From assembly GCA_902602845.1 (NCBI GenBank), contig CACKSN010000004.1:4363-68362 (forward strand): a stretch of DNA of 64,000 nucleotides, read 5' to 3'. The DNA comes from an uncultured Alphaproteobacteria bacterium (GTDB taxonomy: Bacteria > Pseudomonadota > Alphaproteobacteria > HIMB59 > GCA-002718135). The notes below the pieces were generated by a model that was not told the DNA's origin, did not search any database, and saw only the letters and a list, made by a program, of their open reading frames with translations. Below are positions 1 through 10,396 of this stretch, in pieces; position 1 is the first letter of the stretch; each line of letters begins with the position of its first letter. Position numbers and translations under genes: made by a program.

Positions 1-864
1 TTTTTTGAGTCCTCTTGGTATTATTTTAGATATTGTAGTGCGAGATCGAATAAACCTTTCGACAAAGAGGATATAAATTATTGGCTACCTGTTGATCAAT
101 ATATAGGGGGAATTGAGCACGCGATATTACATCTTTTGTATTCAAGGTTCTTTACCAAAGCACTTCGCGATCTTGGTTATTTTAAAATTGACGAACCCTT
201 TAAGGGATTATTTACACAAGGAATGGTCACACACCAAACGTATAAGAATAATAAAAATGAATGGTTGGAACCTGGGGAGGTCCAAAAAGTTGATAGTAAG
301 TTTGTTGATAAAAATAATGATGAGGTTGTTGTTGGTAAAATTGAAAAAATGAGCAAATCAAAAAAAAATGTTGTCGACCCTAACGATATTATTAATTTGT
401 ATGGTGCAGATACCGCTAGATGGTTTATGTTATCAGATAGTCCGCCAGAAAGAGATTTGCAGTGGACTGAAACGGGTATTGTGTCATCATTTAAATTTAT
501 AAATAAGCTATGGGAGTTTATGGATAAATACAAAAACTATTCTAATAAAATAGAAAGTGATAGTGAAATACTAGATAACTACAAAATACTTATTAATGAT
601 ATATCAAAATATATTGAGAATTTTCAATTTAATAAATCAGTTGCAAAAATATATGAGTATGTAAATTTATTAAATGACCAGGTTTCCCAAAATAAATTAA
701 GTAAATCCGATTTTAAATGGACGCTAGGAAGGCTGTCATTGATACTTCAACCATTTACACCGCATATAAGTGAAGAGTTATGGTTAGGATTAGAAAATAA
801 AGAGCTTTGTATTGATGAAAGATGGCCAGAAGAAAAAAATTCAGCAAAATTGAATCTAATCTGA
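1..864 (+). CDS. leuS: Leucyl-tRNA synthetase, 3' part (open from window start; C-terminal domain apparently missing)
   Basis: Frame open from base 1: [11 protein letters not shown]...[30 protein letters not shown] motif, [18 protein letters not shown]. Ends [13 protein letters not shown] without the usual VQVNGK C-terminal domain. Confidence 0.93.
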   Translation, partial: FFESSWYYFRYCSARSNKPFDKEDINYWLPVDQYIGGIEHAILHLLYSRFFTKALRDLGYFKIDEPFKGLFTQGMVTHQTYKNNKNEWLEPGEVQKVDSKFVDKNNDEVVVGKIEKMSKSKKNVVDPNDIINLYGADTARWFMLSDSPPERDLQWTETGIVSSFKFINKLWEFMDKYKNYSNKIESDSEILDNYKILINDISKYIENFQFNKSVAKIYEYVNLLNDQVSQNKLSKSDFKWTLGRLSLILQPFTPHISEELWLGLENKELCIDERWPEEKNSAKLNLI

Positions 865-900
865 TTATTAAATCAAAGAACGATGAAGTCATGATTGAAT

Positions 901-1491
901 TTAATTAAAAAAACTTGGATTGATGAGTTTAAAAAAATTTTTATCAAATGCTTCGTTATATTTATGATTAAAAATAGATAAAACTAAAAACTTATCTTCA
1001 AATAACAGCTCAGCTTTTCTTAATAAAAAAGGATTATTTTCAAAAAAAACTTTAATTGTAAAATCTATATTTTCATTTTTTCCACTTTTTGAAAGCACTA
1101 AGTAATTCTCCCGTGAAATGACATCAGAGTCCCCAAAAAAATCAGGTTTTTTAAAAATATTAAAAAAAAATTTTGCTGAAGTGCCGCTTGGATCAAAAAA
1201 TTCATCCTCCTCTAATTCATAATCATAATACATCGCTTTATTTTCATCTAATATAATGAGGATTTTTGTGGGGTTTTCATAATCAACTCTTATTCTGTTT
1301 TCACCTACAAATATTTTTCCTTCTGCAATTGAACTCAGATCATCTTGAATAAAAGAAGCAGAAAAAAACTTTAATTCTTTTAAATAATTAATTGCATTTC
1401 TTTTCAAACTTTCTTCTGAAAATGAATTATTTACCAAAAAAATAATTATGAAGAATAAAATTAAATATAAACTACTCTTTTTTAAGTACAT
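901..1491 (-). CDS. lolA: Outer-membrane lipoprotein carrier protein LolA
   Basis: Signal peptide, FSASFIQ, GKIFV...RIRVDYENP; directly downstream of ftsK (conserved ftsK-lolA). Start placed at the ATG at 1491. Confidence 0.8.
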   Translation of the reverse strand: MYLKKSSLYLILFFIIIFLVNNSFSEESLKRNAINYLKELKFFSASFIQDDLSSIAEGKIFVGENRIRVDYENPTKILIILDENKAMYYDYELEEDEFFDPSGTSAKFFFNIFKKPDFFGDSDVISRENYLVLSKSGKNENIDFTIKVFFENNPFLLRKAELLFEDKFLVLSIFNHKYNEAFDKNFFKLINPSFFN

Positions 1492-3709
1492 GTCTTTTAC
1501 CAGCATTATTTGCTTCAGAAATAATACCTTCCTCTTCCATTTTTTCTACGATCCTAGCTGCTCTGTTATAGCCTATTTGAAGATATCTTTGTATATAGCT
1601 TGTTGAAACTTTTTGTTGTTTTACTACTACTTCAACAGCTTTTCCATATAATTCATCCTGATTATCAGAAATTAAATCATAGTTAGAATCTTCTAATTTA
1701 TTTGAGTCCTCAAAGGAGATTTCTTTTTTATAATCGAATGTAGATTGACTTTTTATTGAGCCTACTACTTTTTCTACTTCTGCTTCTGAAACAAAACCAC
1801 CATGCAGCCTTTTTATTGTTGCACCATTTTCTAAAAGCAACATATCTCCACTTCCTAATAATTGTTCAGCTCCCATTTCGTTTAGAATTGTTCTACTGTC
1901 AAATTTACTTGCAACTTTATAGCTTATGCGACTTGGAAAATTTGCTTTTATTGTTCCTGTTATTACGTCAACACTAGGTCTTTGAGTTGCTGTTACTAAA
2001 TGAATTCCTGATGCCCTAGCCATTTGTGCTAATCTTTGAACCAAATTCTCAACCTCTTTACCAGCAACCATCATAAGGTCAGCCATTTCATCTATTACCA
2101 CAACTATAAATGGCATTTTCTCTAAACTAATTTCTTTTTTTTCGATAATTGGTATTTTTGTATCATAATCAACACCGGTTTGAACCTCTCTAAATAATTT
2201 TCTACCTGATGAAATAGTTCTGAGTACCTTACTATTATAAGAACTTATATTTTTTACATTTACGGAGCTCATTAATTTGTATCTATTCTCCATCTCTCTA
2301 ACAACCCATTTTAAAGCGAACACAGCTTTCTTTGGGTCGGTAACTACAGGTGTAAGTAAATGTGGAATATCTTCATAAATACTTAATTCAAGCATCTTAG
2401 GATCTATCAAAATAAGTTTGCACTCGTTCGGTTTGAATTTATATAGCAAGCTCAAAATCATCGTATTAATACCAACTGATTTTCCAGACCCTGTTGTTCC
2501 AGCAATTAATAAGTGAGGCATTTTTTCTAGATCAGCAAATATTTTTTCACCTGAAATGTCTTTTCCTAATGCTAAAGTTAATGAGTTTTCATTTATTATA
2601 AAACGCCCATCTTCAATTAAGTCACCAAACAACACATCTTCCCGTTTTTTATTTGGAATCTCAATTCCCAAACTAGTTTTTCCAGGTTGAGATGAAATTC
2701 TCGCAGAGAGTGAAGACATTGCTCTAGCAATATCCTCTGACAACCCAATTACTTTACTTGATTTTATGCCAGCATTTGGTACGAATTCAAAAAGTGTCAC
2801 TATTGGACCAGTTTTAAATCCGGTTATTCTACCTTCCACACCATACTCTGCAAGTGTTCTCTCTAATTTATCTGCTAAATCATCATTTAATTTATTTATC
2901 TCTTTAGACAAATTGCTTTTGTTTGGAGATTTTACTAAAAGATTTTTTGCAGGTAGTGTAAACTTAAACTGGTCTATTTCTAATTGTCGAGAGCTATTTG
3001 GTTTTTTAATAATCTCATCTCTATTTGAAAATACAGACTCTCTTTTTATAGTTGGCTCATTTTTTGTTCTTTTCTTTTTGATAATTCTTCTCTTATTAAA
3101 CAAACCAAATACAGGTCTTATAAAATTAAGATATTTAAGAAATTTTAAAAATTTAAAAATTTTAATAAAAGCTGAAAAATACTTATATCTAATTGAAAAA
3201 GATAAAAGTACCATCACAATACCAGCAAGAAACAAGATTGAATTAATTATAAAAATTAAAAATATATTTTGAATATTTATGAAAATGTTCTCATTTAACA
3301 AATCAAACAAAAATATCGGTATTAAGCCATTATTTACATTTGTCGTATCATAGAAAAAAACAAATATGCTTATTAATAAAATACCAAATAAATTTGATAA
3401 AGTGCGCAAAATTAAATAAGAATTTTTTATTCCAATTAAGCTTTTAAAACCCTCAATAAATATAAATAAAGCGAAGATGTATGATGTAAACCCAATAATA
3501 ACTATTGAATAACTAGAAAGATAAGAGCCAAATAAACCAAAATAATTTGAGATTCTTAGTTCCGCCCTATAATTTGAGAATGTATTAAATCCTGGATCTT
3601 CAATATTGTATGTAAAGAGACTAATTAAATAAACTATTCCAAAACTAAGAGCAATAAAGCCCAGTGAAGTTTTAACTAGAAATATTCTAATTGAACCATA
3701 CTTGAACAT
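1472..3709 (-). CDS. ftsK: DNA translocase FtsK
   Basis: N-terminal TM segments, MPHLLIAGTTGSGKS Walker A, IDEMADLMM, ATQRPSVDVITG, gamma domain IGYNRAARIVE. Confidence 0.97.
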   Translation of the reverse strand: MFKYGSIRIFLVKTSLGFIALSFGIVYLISLFTYNIEDPGFNTFSNYRAELRISNYFGLFGSYLSSYSIVIIGFTSYIFALFIFIEGFKSLIGIKNSYLILRTLSNLFGILLISIFVFFYDTTNVNNGLIPIFLFDLLNENIFINIQNIFLIFIINSILFLAGIVMVLLSFSIRYKYFSAFIKIFKFLKFLKYLNFIRPVFGLFNKRRIIKKKRTKNEPTIKRESVFSNRDEIIKKPNSSRQLEIDQFKFTLPAKNLLVKSPNKSNLSKEINKLNDDLADKLERTLAEYGVEGRITGFKTGPIVTLFEFVPNAGIKSSKVIGLSEDIARAMSSLSARISSQPGKTSLGIEIPNKKREDVLFGDLIEDGRFIINENSLTLALGKDISGEKIFADLEKMPHLLIAGTTGSGKSVGINTMILSLLYKFKPNECKLILIDPKMLELSIYEDIPHLLTPVVTDPKKAVFALKWVVREMENRYKLMSSVNVKNISSYNSKVLRTISSGRKLFREVQTGVDYDTKIPIIEKKEISLEKMPFIVVVIDEMADLMMVAGKEVENLVQRLAQMARASGIHLVTATQRPSVDVITGTIKANFPSRISYKVASKFDSRTILNEMGAEQLLGSGDMLLLENGATIKRLHGGFVSEAEVEKVVGSIKSQSTFDYKKEISFEDSNKLEDSNYDLISDNQDELYGKAVEVVVKQQKVSTSYIQRYLQIGYNRAARIVEKMEEEGIISEANNAGKRHVLKKE

Positions 3710-3756
3710 ATAGTTAGATTGTAATACATTTAGATTATGGTAATTCGAAGAAAATT

Positions 3757-4938
3757 ATGAAAGAAATTGATTCAAATATTAATATTATAGGAGGAGGATT
3801 AATAGGCAGTGTAACAGCTTATTCTCTCTCCAAAATGGGTTTTAATATTTCAATTCTTGAGAGTAAAGCAAGTTACAATGAAAATAACTATTCAGATCAT
3901 AGAACAACAGCTATTTCTGAAGGCACTAAAATTTTTTTAAACAAAATAGGTGTCTGGAAACAAATACATCCTTTTTGTGAGCCCATTAAAAAAATTATGG
4001 TAATTGATCGAAATATCTCTAATCAGCTAGAGTTTGACAATATTAGAAGAAAATCTAATTTAGGATATATTGTACAGAACAAGCATTTACTAAAAATATT
4101 TTATAATCATTTGAGAAATCAAAAAAATATAACAATATTTAACAATATCCAAATTAAAGATTTTCAAATAAAAAAAGAAAAAATAATTACTCATTCAAAT
4201 ACTGTAAAGGTTACAGCCAATCTCAATATTGCTGCAGATGGAAAAAATAGTTTTGTAAGAGATTATTTTAAATTGCCTTATTTCTTTAAAGATTATAAAA
4301 AAAATGCTTTTGTAACAATATTCACACACACCAAAGATCATGATGGCACTGCATTCGAATTTTTTTATAAAAATGGACCTCTTGCAATTTTGCCAATGAA
4401 AAAAATTAAAAATAATTTTTGTAGCTCAATGGTTTGGACAAATAATACAAGATTTGTAAACAATCTATTTGAAATTGATCAAGAAGCGTTAATCTCAATT
4501 CTAAATAAAGAAACACAGAATTGTTTGGGCGATATAAAAAAAATTATTACTAAACAAAAATTTCGTTTGAGCGCACATATAAATAGTAAATTCTTTGAAA
4601 AAAGATTAATTTATTTAGGCGACTCTGCGCACTCCTTTCATCCAATTGCAGGTCAGGGTTGGAATCTTGGCATGAGTGATGTTGAGAGTTTGTATAACCT
4701 AGTCTTAGAATATAAATCAATTGGCATTGAGCCAGGTGACAGTTTTTTTTGTAAAAAATATCATAACAATAATTTTTATAAAGCATATAGGTTATATCAA
4801 GTTACGGATAAACTAGATAATATTTTTAAAATTACAAATCCGCTTATCTACTTAGGGAGGAGTACTGGGATAAAACTTATCAATAAAAATATTAAACTAA
4901 AGCACAGAATTAGTGATTTTGCTATGGGAATTAGTTGA
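3757..4938 (+). CDS. UbiH/UbiL-family FAD-dependent hydroxylase (ubiquinone biosynthesis)
   Basis: GGGLIG FAD motif, RTTAIS, AADGKNS, GDSAHSFHPIAGQGWNLG. Confidence 0.88.
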   Translation: MKEIDSNINIIGGGLIGSVTAYSLSKMGFNISILESKASYNENNYSDHRTTAISEGTKIFLNKIGVWKQIHPFCEPIKKIMVIDRNISNQLEFDNIRRKSNLGYIVQNKHLLKIFYNHLRNQKNITIFNNIQIKDFQIKKEKIITHSNTVKVTANLNIAADGKNSFVRDYFKLPYFFKDYKKNAFVTIFTHTKDHDGTAFEFFYKNGPLAILPMKKIKNNFCSSMVWTNNTRFVNNLFEIDQEALISILNKETQNCLGDIKKIITKQKFRLSAHINSKFFEKRLIYLGDSAHSFHPIAGQGWNLGMSDVESLYNLVLEYKSIGIEPGDSFFCKKYHNNNFYKAYRLYQVTDKLDNIFKITNPLIYLGRSTGIKLINKNIKLKHRISDFAMGIS

Positions 4939-5524
4939 TAGTGTTGTTTGTAAAATCACCTAATATTTCTAGTTCTAAAATTGACATTAACTTAGTATAA
5001 AAATCAATTAAATTTTTTGTCTCTAGTAAAACTTGCTTATCTTCATTTTTAAAAGGCGAAACCATTCCAATAAATTTGATTATTTGTTCAATCTCTATTC
5101 CCTCAATCTCCTCTAAATTTAAATTTATGTTTTTTATTTTTATATATTCTTTGTATTTTTTTAATAAATTATTTTTTTGCTTATTATTTAATTCGTATAT
5201 CTCATCATTTGTGCTTATTAAATCAGCTTCAATTATCCTAAAACTATAATTTGGCTCTAATTCTCTAATAACTTTGAAACAATTTGTGCCTTGTAAGCTT
5301 ATTAAATATCTACCATCGTTAGTTTCACTGAAGCTGTGGATTTTTCCAACACAACCAATTTTATATAATTTATTATTTGTATCAGTTTGTATCATTCCAA
5401 TAAATCTATCTCTTGCCAATGAATAATTTACCATATCAATATATCTATTTTCAAATATATTTAGAGGGAGACTAGTGCCTGGAAAAAGAACTGCACCATT
5501 TAATGGAAATATAGCTAGCTCCAT
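4931..5524 (-). CDS. LON peptidase substrate-binding domain protein
   Basis: IFPLNGAVLFPGTSLPLNIFENRYIDM, IGCVGKI, DGRYLISLQG; no ATPase or protease domain. Confidence 0.88.
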   Translation of the reverse strand: MELAIFPLNGAVLFPGTSLPLNIFENRYIDMVNYSLARDRFIGMIQTDTNNKLYKIGCVGKIHSFSETNDGRYLISLQGTNCFKVIRELEPNYSFRIIEADLISTNDEIYELNNKQKNNLLKKYKEYIKIKNINLNLEEIEGIEIEQIIKFIGMVSPFKNEDKQVLLETKNLIDFYTKLMSILELEILGDFTNNTIN

Positions 5525-5525
5525 T

Positions 5526-6392
5526 TTAAGAAAACATTATTTGGGATAATTTTTTTCTATATTGTATAGTAAAATTATTTGAGTTTCCCAACACTCCAAA
5601 ATATTCAACCATTTTTTCTTTAATTTTATTTTTATCTTTGAGATAATTCTCCAGCAATAACTCAAAACCACTATCATAGTTTTGCAAAGAAAAGTGTTTA
5701 TCTGCAATATCAATTATAAGATCAATATCATCTGGTTTATTAGCAAGTTTATTAATTAATTCCTCAATACTTGGTCCAGACATATTGCTTTTAATTATAT
5801 TAATTTTTTTAATTGTTTGTTTAATTTCATCTTTGTCTTGAATTTCTTTTTCTAAAGAGTCAATAAAAGTTTCAGCCTCTTCAAAAAGCTTTAATTCAAT
5901 TAGACAGTCTAAGTATAAATTAATTGCTTCTATTTCACCTGGGTTATTTGATATAAATTCTAAAAGTATTTCTTTTGTTTCCTCAAATTTCTTTTCAGAC
6001 ATAGAGTCATTTATTTGTTTATAAAATTCAGTAAAATCTTCATTTATCTTTGATCCCAAACATTTCTCTAAAAATTCAATTATTTGTTTTTCTGGAAGCA
6101 CGCCCTGAAAAGCATTCACAATTTGTTTATCTTTAAAAGCAAATACTGTTGGTATTGATTGTATCCTTAATTGAGCTGCAATTTGTTGATTTTCATCGAT
6201 ATTAATTTTTACTAATGTTATTTTGTCTCCTTTATCATTTATTATCTTTTCTAAAGTTGGAGTAAGCTGTTTACACGGACCACACCATGGAGCCCAAAAA
6301 TCAACAACAATTAATTTATGTTCGCTCGCTTCAATTACTTTGTCGTTAAATTCTGCTTCATTAACATCAATAATATTGTTTATCTCATTCAT
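5526..6392 (-). CDS. Thioredoxin-TPR co-chaperone (YbbN/CnoX-like)
   Basis: VDFWAPWCGPCKQL thioredoxin domain followed by a helical TPR-like region ending YRKKLSQIMFS. Confidence 0.88.
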   Translation of the reverse strand: MNEINNIIDVNEAEFNDKVIEASEHKLIVVDFWAPWCGPCKQLTPTLEKIINDKGDKITLVKINIDENQQIAAQLRIQSIPTVFAFKDKQIVNAFQGVLPEKQIIEFLEKCLGSKINEDFTEFYKQINDSMSEKKFEETKEILLEFISNNPGEIEAINLYLDCLIELKLFEEAETFIDSLEKEIQDKDEIKQTIKKINIIKSNMSGPSIEELINKLANKPDDIDLIIDIADKHFSLQNYDSGFELLLENYLKDKNKIKEKMVEYFGVLGNSNNFTIQYRKKLSQIMFS

Positions 6393-6901
6393 AAAACTTT
6401 AACTATACTATAACTATCCAATGAGAAAATATGAATTTTTTTGTTATTTTCAAGCAGGAATTTAATAATCTCTGAGGTTTTAATGGTTATAGTTGATGTA
6501 TTGATTAGAGGGTGAAAATTTATTATTTCACTATTATAAAGTTTTTCGTCTAAATAAAATTCTACGATATTATTTTGATCGTTAAGTAATGCAAATGGAG
6601 AAACAGAACCTGGTTTAATACCTAAAAACCTTTCAAGATACCCAGCATTAGCAAATGATAAATTTTTAGCTTCTATTGATTTTGAAAATTGCTTTAAATT
6701 AACCACTGCATTTTCATCACAGCTTAAAAGAAAAAAACTGTTTTTCTTATTTTTTAAAAATAAATTTTTAGTATGAGCGCCTTTGATTTCACCTCTTAAA
6801 TTTTCAGAATCTTCAACTGTAAACAAGGGTTCATGCTCATGAATTTGAAAATTTAGATTTTTTACACTAAGTAATTCAAATAAATCTGTCTTTGTAAGCA
6901 T
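6389..6901 (-). CDS. YbaK/ProX-family aminoacyl-tRNA deacylase (ProXp-ala-like)
   Basis: HEPLFTVE, HTKNLFLK, LGIKPGSVSPFAL, NFHPLINT. Confidence 0.88.
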   Translation of the reverse strand: MLTKTDLFELLSVKNLNFQIHEHEPLFTVEDSENLRGEIKGAHTKNLFLKNKKNSFFLLSCDENAVVNLKQFSKSIEAKNLSFANAGYLERFLGIKPGSVSPFALLNDQNNIVEFYLDEKLYNSEIINFHPLINTSTITIKTSEIIKFLLENNKKIHIFSLDSYSIVKVL

Positions 6902-6958
6902 AAATAATATTATAATTATTAAGAAATAGGTTATTTAAATAAAATTACTAAATAAACA

Positions 6959-8440
6959 ATGAATAAAAAAGCAATAGTTATTGGCAGCGGTTTTGGAGGT
7001 ATTGCCATTAGTTTACGACTAAAAAAAATGGGTTATGATACAACTATTATTGAAAAACTAAATAACCTAGGTGGTAGAGCGAGAGTTTTTGAAGTTAATG
7101 GATATAAGCATGATGCTGGACCTACAGTTATAACAGCGCCATTTCTCTTTGATGAATTGTTTGAGTTATTTGGAAAAAAAAGAGCAGATCATTTAAAATT
7201 TGTTCCCCTTGAACCTTGGTATAGATATTATTTTCATGACGGTAGAACTTTTGATTATTGTTCAACGATTGAAAAAACAAATATTGAAATAAGTAAATTT
7301 GATAAGAGAGATGTGAAAGGATACAATAAACTTATAAAGCAATCAAAAAAAATCTTTGACGTAGGTTTTACAAAATTAGCTGATAAACCATTTATTTCTT
7401 TATTTAAAATGTTAGGAGTTATTCCTAATTTAATAATTTTAAAAAGCTATTTCACCGTATCTCAACTTGTAAACAGTTATCTAAAAAACCCATATCTTAG
7501 AAAAGCATTTTCAATTCATCCCCTTTTAGTTGGCGGTGATCCGCACACAACAACATCGATTTACGCACTGATACATTATTTAGAGAGAAAATGGGGAGTA
7601 TTTTTTTGTATGGGGGGCACTGGAAAAATTGTATCTGAGTTAAAAAAATTAATGATTGATTGTGGTATTAAAATTAAAACAAATACAGAAGCAAAAGAGT
7701 TGATCGTTGAAAATAACAAAATAACAAAAATATTAACAAATAACGAAGAAATTACCGACGTAGATTTAGTTGTTTGCAATGCTGATCCGCCCATGGTTTA
7801 TTCTAAGCTTTTAAAAAAACAAAATTTAAACAGACCCATTTTAAGGGAAAAAAATCTATTGTATTCCATGGGCCTTTTTGTGCTTTTTTTTGGTACGAAA
7901 AATCAATATGATAACATTGCCCATCATACAATTTGGATGACTGAAAGATTTAAAACATTACTACATGATATTTTTAAAAATAAAATTTTATCTGAAGATT
8001 TTTCTTTATATATTCACAGGCCTACTGCAACAGATAAATCTTTTGCTCCAGAAGGTTGTGATAGCTTTTACGTTTTATGTCCAGTACCAAATTTACAAGG
8101 TGATGTTGATTGGAACACTGAATCAGAAAATCTTAAAAATAATATAATTAAAGCTTTATCAAATACCATTATGCCAGATTTAGAAAAAAATATTACTGAT
8201 ATTTTTTGGATGAACCCTAAAGATTTTAAAGACGATTATAATTCTATGCATGGAGCGGGTTTTTCTATAGCTCCCATTTTTACACAATCAGCCTGGTTCA
8301 GATATCACAACAAAGATAAAAAAATTAAAAATTTATATTTTTCTGCTGCAGGATCTCATCCAGGTGCAGGAATACCGGGTGTGCTTTCTTCAGCTAAAGT
8401 TGTTGAAAATATAATTAAAGCCGAAACAAAACAGCAATGA
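6959..8440 (+). CDS. crtI: Phytoene desaturase
   Basis: VIGSGFGG FAD motif, DAGPTVITAP, AGSHPGAGIPGVLSSAK. Confidence 0.95.
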   Translation: MNKKAIVIGSGFGGIAISLRLKKMGYDTTIIEKLNNLGGRARVFEVNGYKHDAGPTVITAPFLFDELFELFGKKRADHLKFVPLEPWYRYYFHDGRTFDYCSTIEKTNIEISKFDKRDVKGYNKLIKQSKKIFDVGFTKLADKPFISLFKMLGVIPNLIILKSYFTVSQLVNSYLKNPYLRKAFSIHPLLVGGDPHTTTSIYALIHYLERKWGVFFCMGGTGKIVSELKKLMIDCGIKIKTNTEAKELIVENNKITKILTNNEEITDVDLVVCNADPPMVYSKLLKKQNLNRPILREKNLLYSMGLFVLFFGTKNQYDNIAHHTIWMTERFKTLLHDIFKNKILSEDFSLYIHRPTATDKSFAPEGCDSFYVLCPVPNLQGDVDWNTESENLKNNIIKALSNTIMPDLEKNITDIFWMNPKDFKDDYNSMHGAGFSIAPIFTQSAWFRYHNKDKKIKNLYFSAAGSHPGAGIPGVLSSAKVVENIIKAETKQQ

Positions 8441-9318
8441 TCGATTTGGAATTAAATTCATCTACCGACCTGAAAAGAGAAGGAAAAAGTTTCTATTGGG
8501 CAAGCTTTTTCTTACCAAAAAGTTCAAAAATAAATGCAGGTATTCTTTATTCGATTTGTAGATATTTTGATGATATTGCTGATAAGCATAGTGAAGATCA
8601 AACTAACTATCTTAAAAAATCGATTGAAGAAATCAAAAAAGATAGAAATAATAAAGTAAATATTTTTTTGCAAAAAAATAATATTAACAACTCAATTTTA
8701 ATTCATTTAATAGAGGGATTAATCTTAGATCAAAAAAATATTAAAATTCAAAACAAGAAAGAGCTTATTAAATATTCTTATCATGTAGCCGGCACTGTTG
8801 GATTAATGATGTCTAAAATTTTGGGAGTAAATCATCAAAACGCTCTACAATCTGCGATTGATTTAGGTATTGGTATGCAACTAACTAACATAGCACGTGA
8901 TGTTTATGAAGATTCGAAAATGAAAAGAATTTATTTACCAGCTAATTGGATACCAAATATATCATTAACTAACCTAAATGATTTCTATGATTCAAGTACA
9001 CAAAATGATGAAAAAATATCAAAAGCAATTCACAAGGTAATAAACCTATCAGAAAAATTTTATAGAAATGGTTTTGCTGGTTTAAAGTACATCCCTTTTT
9101 CTACTAGACTAGGGATATTCATCGCGGCTAATGTTTATAGAGGTATTGGTATTAAGATAAAATCAAATAAAAATAAATATTTTAGAGAAAGAGTATATTT
9201 AAACATATTTGAAAAATCTTTAATTACAATCAAATCGGTTTTACTTTTTATTTTTATTCCTTTGATGAACTATCAATACAAAAAAATTAGAGACAGTTTT
9301 ACAAATGAAAATTTATAA
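8437..9318 (+). CDS. crtB: Phytoene synthase
   Basis: GKSFYWAS, CRYFDDIAD, YHVAGTVGLMM, LGIGMQLTNIARDVYED. Confidence 0.95.
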   Translation: MIDLELNSSTDLKREGKSFYWASFFLPKSSKINAGILYSICRYFDDIADKHSEDQTNYLKKSIEEIKKDRNNKVNIFLQKNNINNSILIHLIEGLILDQKNIKIQNKKELIKYSYHVAGTVGLMMSKILGVNHQNALQSAIDLGIGMQLTNIARDVYEDSKMKRIYLPANWIPNISLTNLNDFYDSSTQNDEKISKAIHKVINLSEKFYRNGFAGLKYIPFSTRLGIFIAANVYRGIGIKIKSNKNKYFRERVYLNIFEKSLITIKSVLLFIFIPLMNYQYKKIRDSFTNENL

Positions 9319-10396
9319 AGCTGCCATAATTGGCTTAGGTCCAAGTGGTTTAGCTGTTAATAAAATTCTTTATGGAGATAGTGATTATGAAATTATCGCA
9401 TTTGAAAATGAAGATGTAAATAAAAGAGATAATTATTTTGGATTTTGGTTAACTGACTGGATGAAACCATTTGAACCTATTATTGAAAAAAAATGGTATA
9501 AATGGAATATTGAAGACAATAATATTAATGTAACTCATACTAGTAGTGATAAACCTTATTGTGTCATTAGTTTTAGAAAGTGGAAAAACCACTGTTTAGA
9601 AACAAAAAATAAATTAAAAATAAAAAATAAGAAAGTAATTGAATATTTTTCCTTTCAAAATTATTTTAAAATAATTACTGCTGATAAGAGCGAGTATTAT
9701 GCTGAAAAAATATATGATTCAAGATCTATTAAAGAAAAAAAAGGCGAGTTGCTTCAGCATTTCTTTGGAGTTAATATTACTGTTGAAGGTCATATATTTG
9801 ACAAAAATAAGTTAACTTTAATGCATTTTACGCAAGAAAAAAACCTTTTGCATTTTATGTATATTTTACCATTTAGTCACAATAAAGCTCTTGTTGAGTC
9901 TACAGTATTTTCAAAAGAGGTTTTCACGAACTCCTGGTATAGGGAGAAAATAAATGATTACTTAAGTCTAAAAAACATAAGCGAATTCAAGGAAGATAGC
10001 ACTGAAAAAGGTGTAATACCCATGTTTGTTGCAGAAGAAAAAAATTCATCTAATCCTAACATATATAATATAGGGATTAGAGGTGGTGCCTGTAAACCGT
10101 CTACTGGGTACGCCTTTTCATTTCTTATTAAACAAATTCAACTATTAAAAAATTCAAAAAAAAATTATGTAAATGTCCATAAATTTTTAGAAAAAAAAAT
10201 GGATAAAATTTTTATTAAATTTTTAAAAAATAATAATGAGAACGGGAGGTCTTTTATAAAGCTTGCCTCTAGTTTAAATGGAAATGAGTTTCAAAGTTTT
10301 ATGATGGGTGAATCTAATTTATTAACTAAATTAAAGATTGTCAAAAGTATGCCTAAGTTACCATTTATAAAAGAATTATTTAAAAAAGATGATTGA
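9305..10396 (+). CDS. crtY: Lycopene beta-cyclase
   Basis: IIGLGPSGLA, QHFFG, FMYILPFS, ALVESTVFS, EKGVIPM, GGACKPSTGYAF; lies between crtB and blh. Confidence 0.88.
   Translation: MKIYKAAIIGLGPSGLAVNKILYGDSDYEIIAFENEDVNKRDNYFGFWLTDWMKPFEPIIEKKWYKWNIEDNNINVTHTSSDKPYCVISFRKWKNHCLETKNKLKIKNKKVIEYFSFQNYFKIITADKSEYYAEKIYDSRSIKEKKGELLQHFFGVNITVEGHIFDKNKLTLMHFTQEKNLLHFMYILPFSHNKALVESTVFSKEVFTNSWYREKINDYLSLKNISEFKEDSTEKGVIPMFVAEEKNSSNPNIYNIGIRGGACKPSTGYAFSFLIKQIQLLKNSKKNYVNVHKFLEKKMDKIFIKFLKNNNENGRSFIKLASSLNGNEFQSFMMGESNLLTKLKIVKSMPKLPFIKELFKKDD

Noticed and set aside
840-908. Programmed frameshift restoring the LeuRS C-terminus
   Set aside because: Neither alternative frame encodes the VQVNGK-type domain, and there is no room before lolA.
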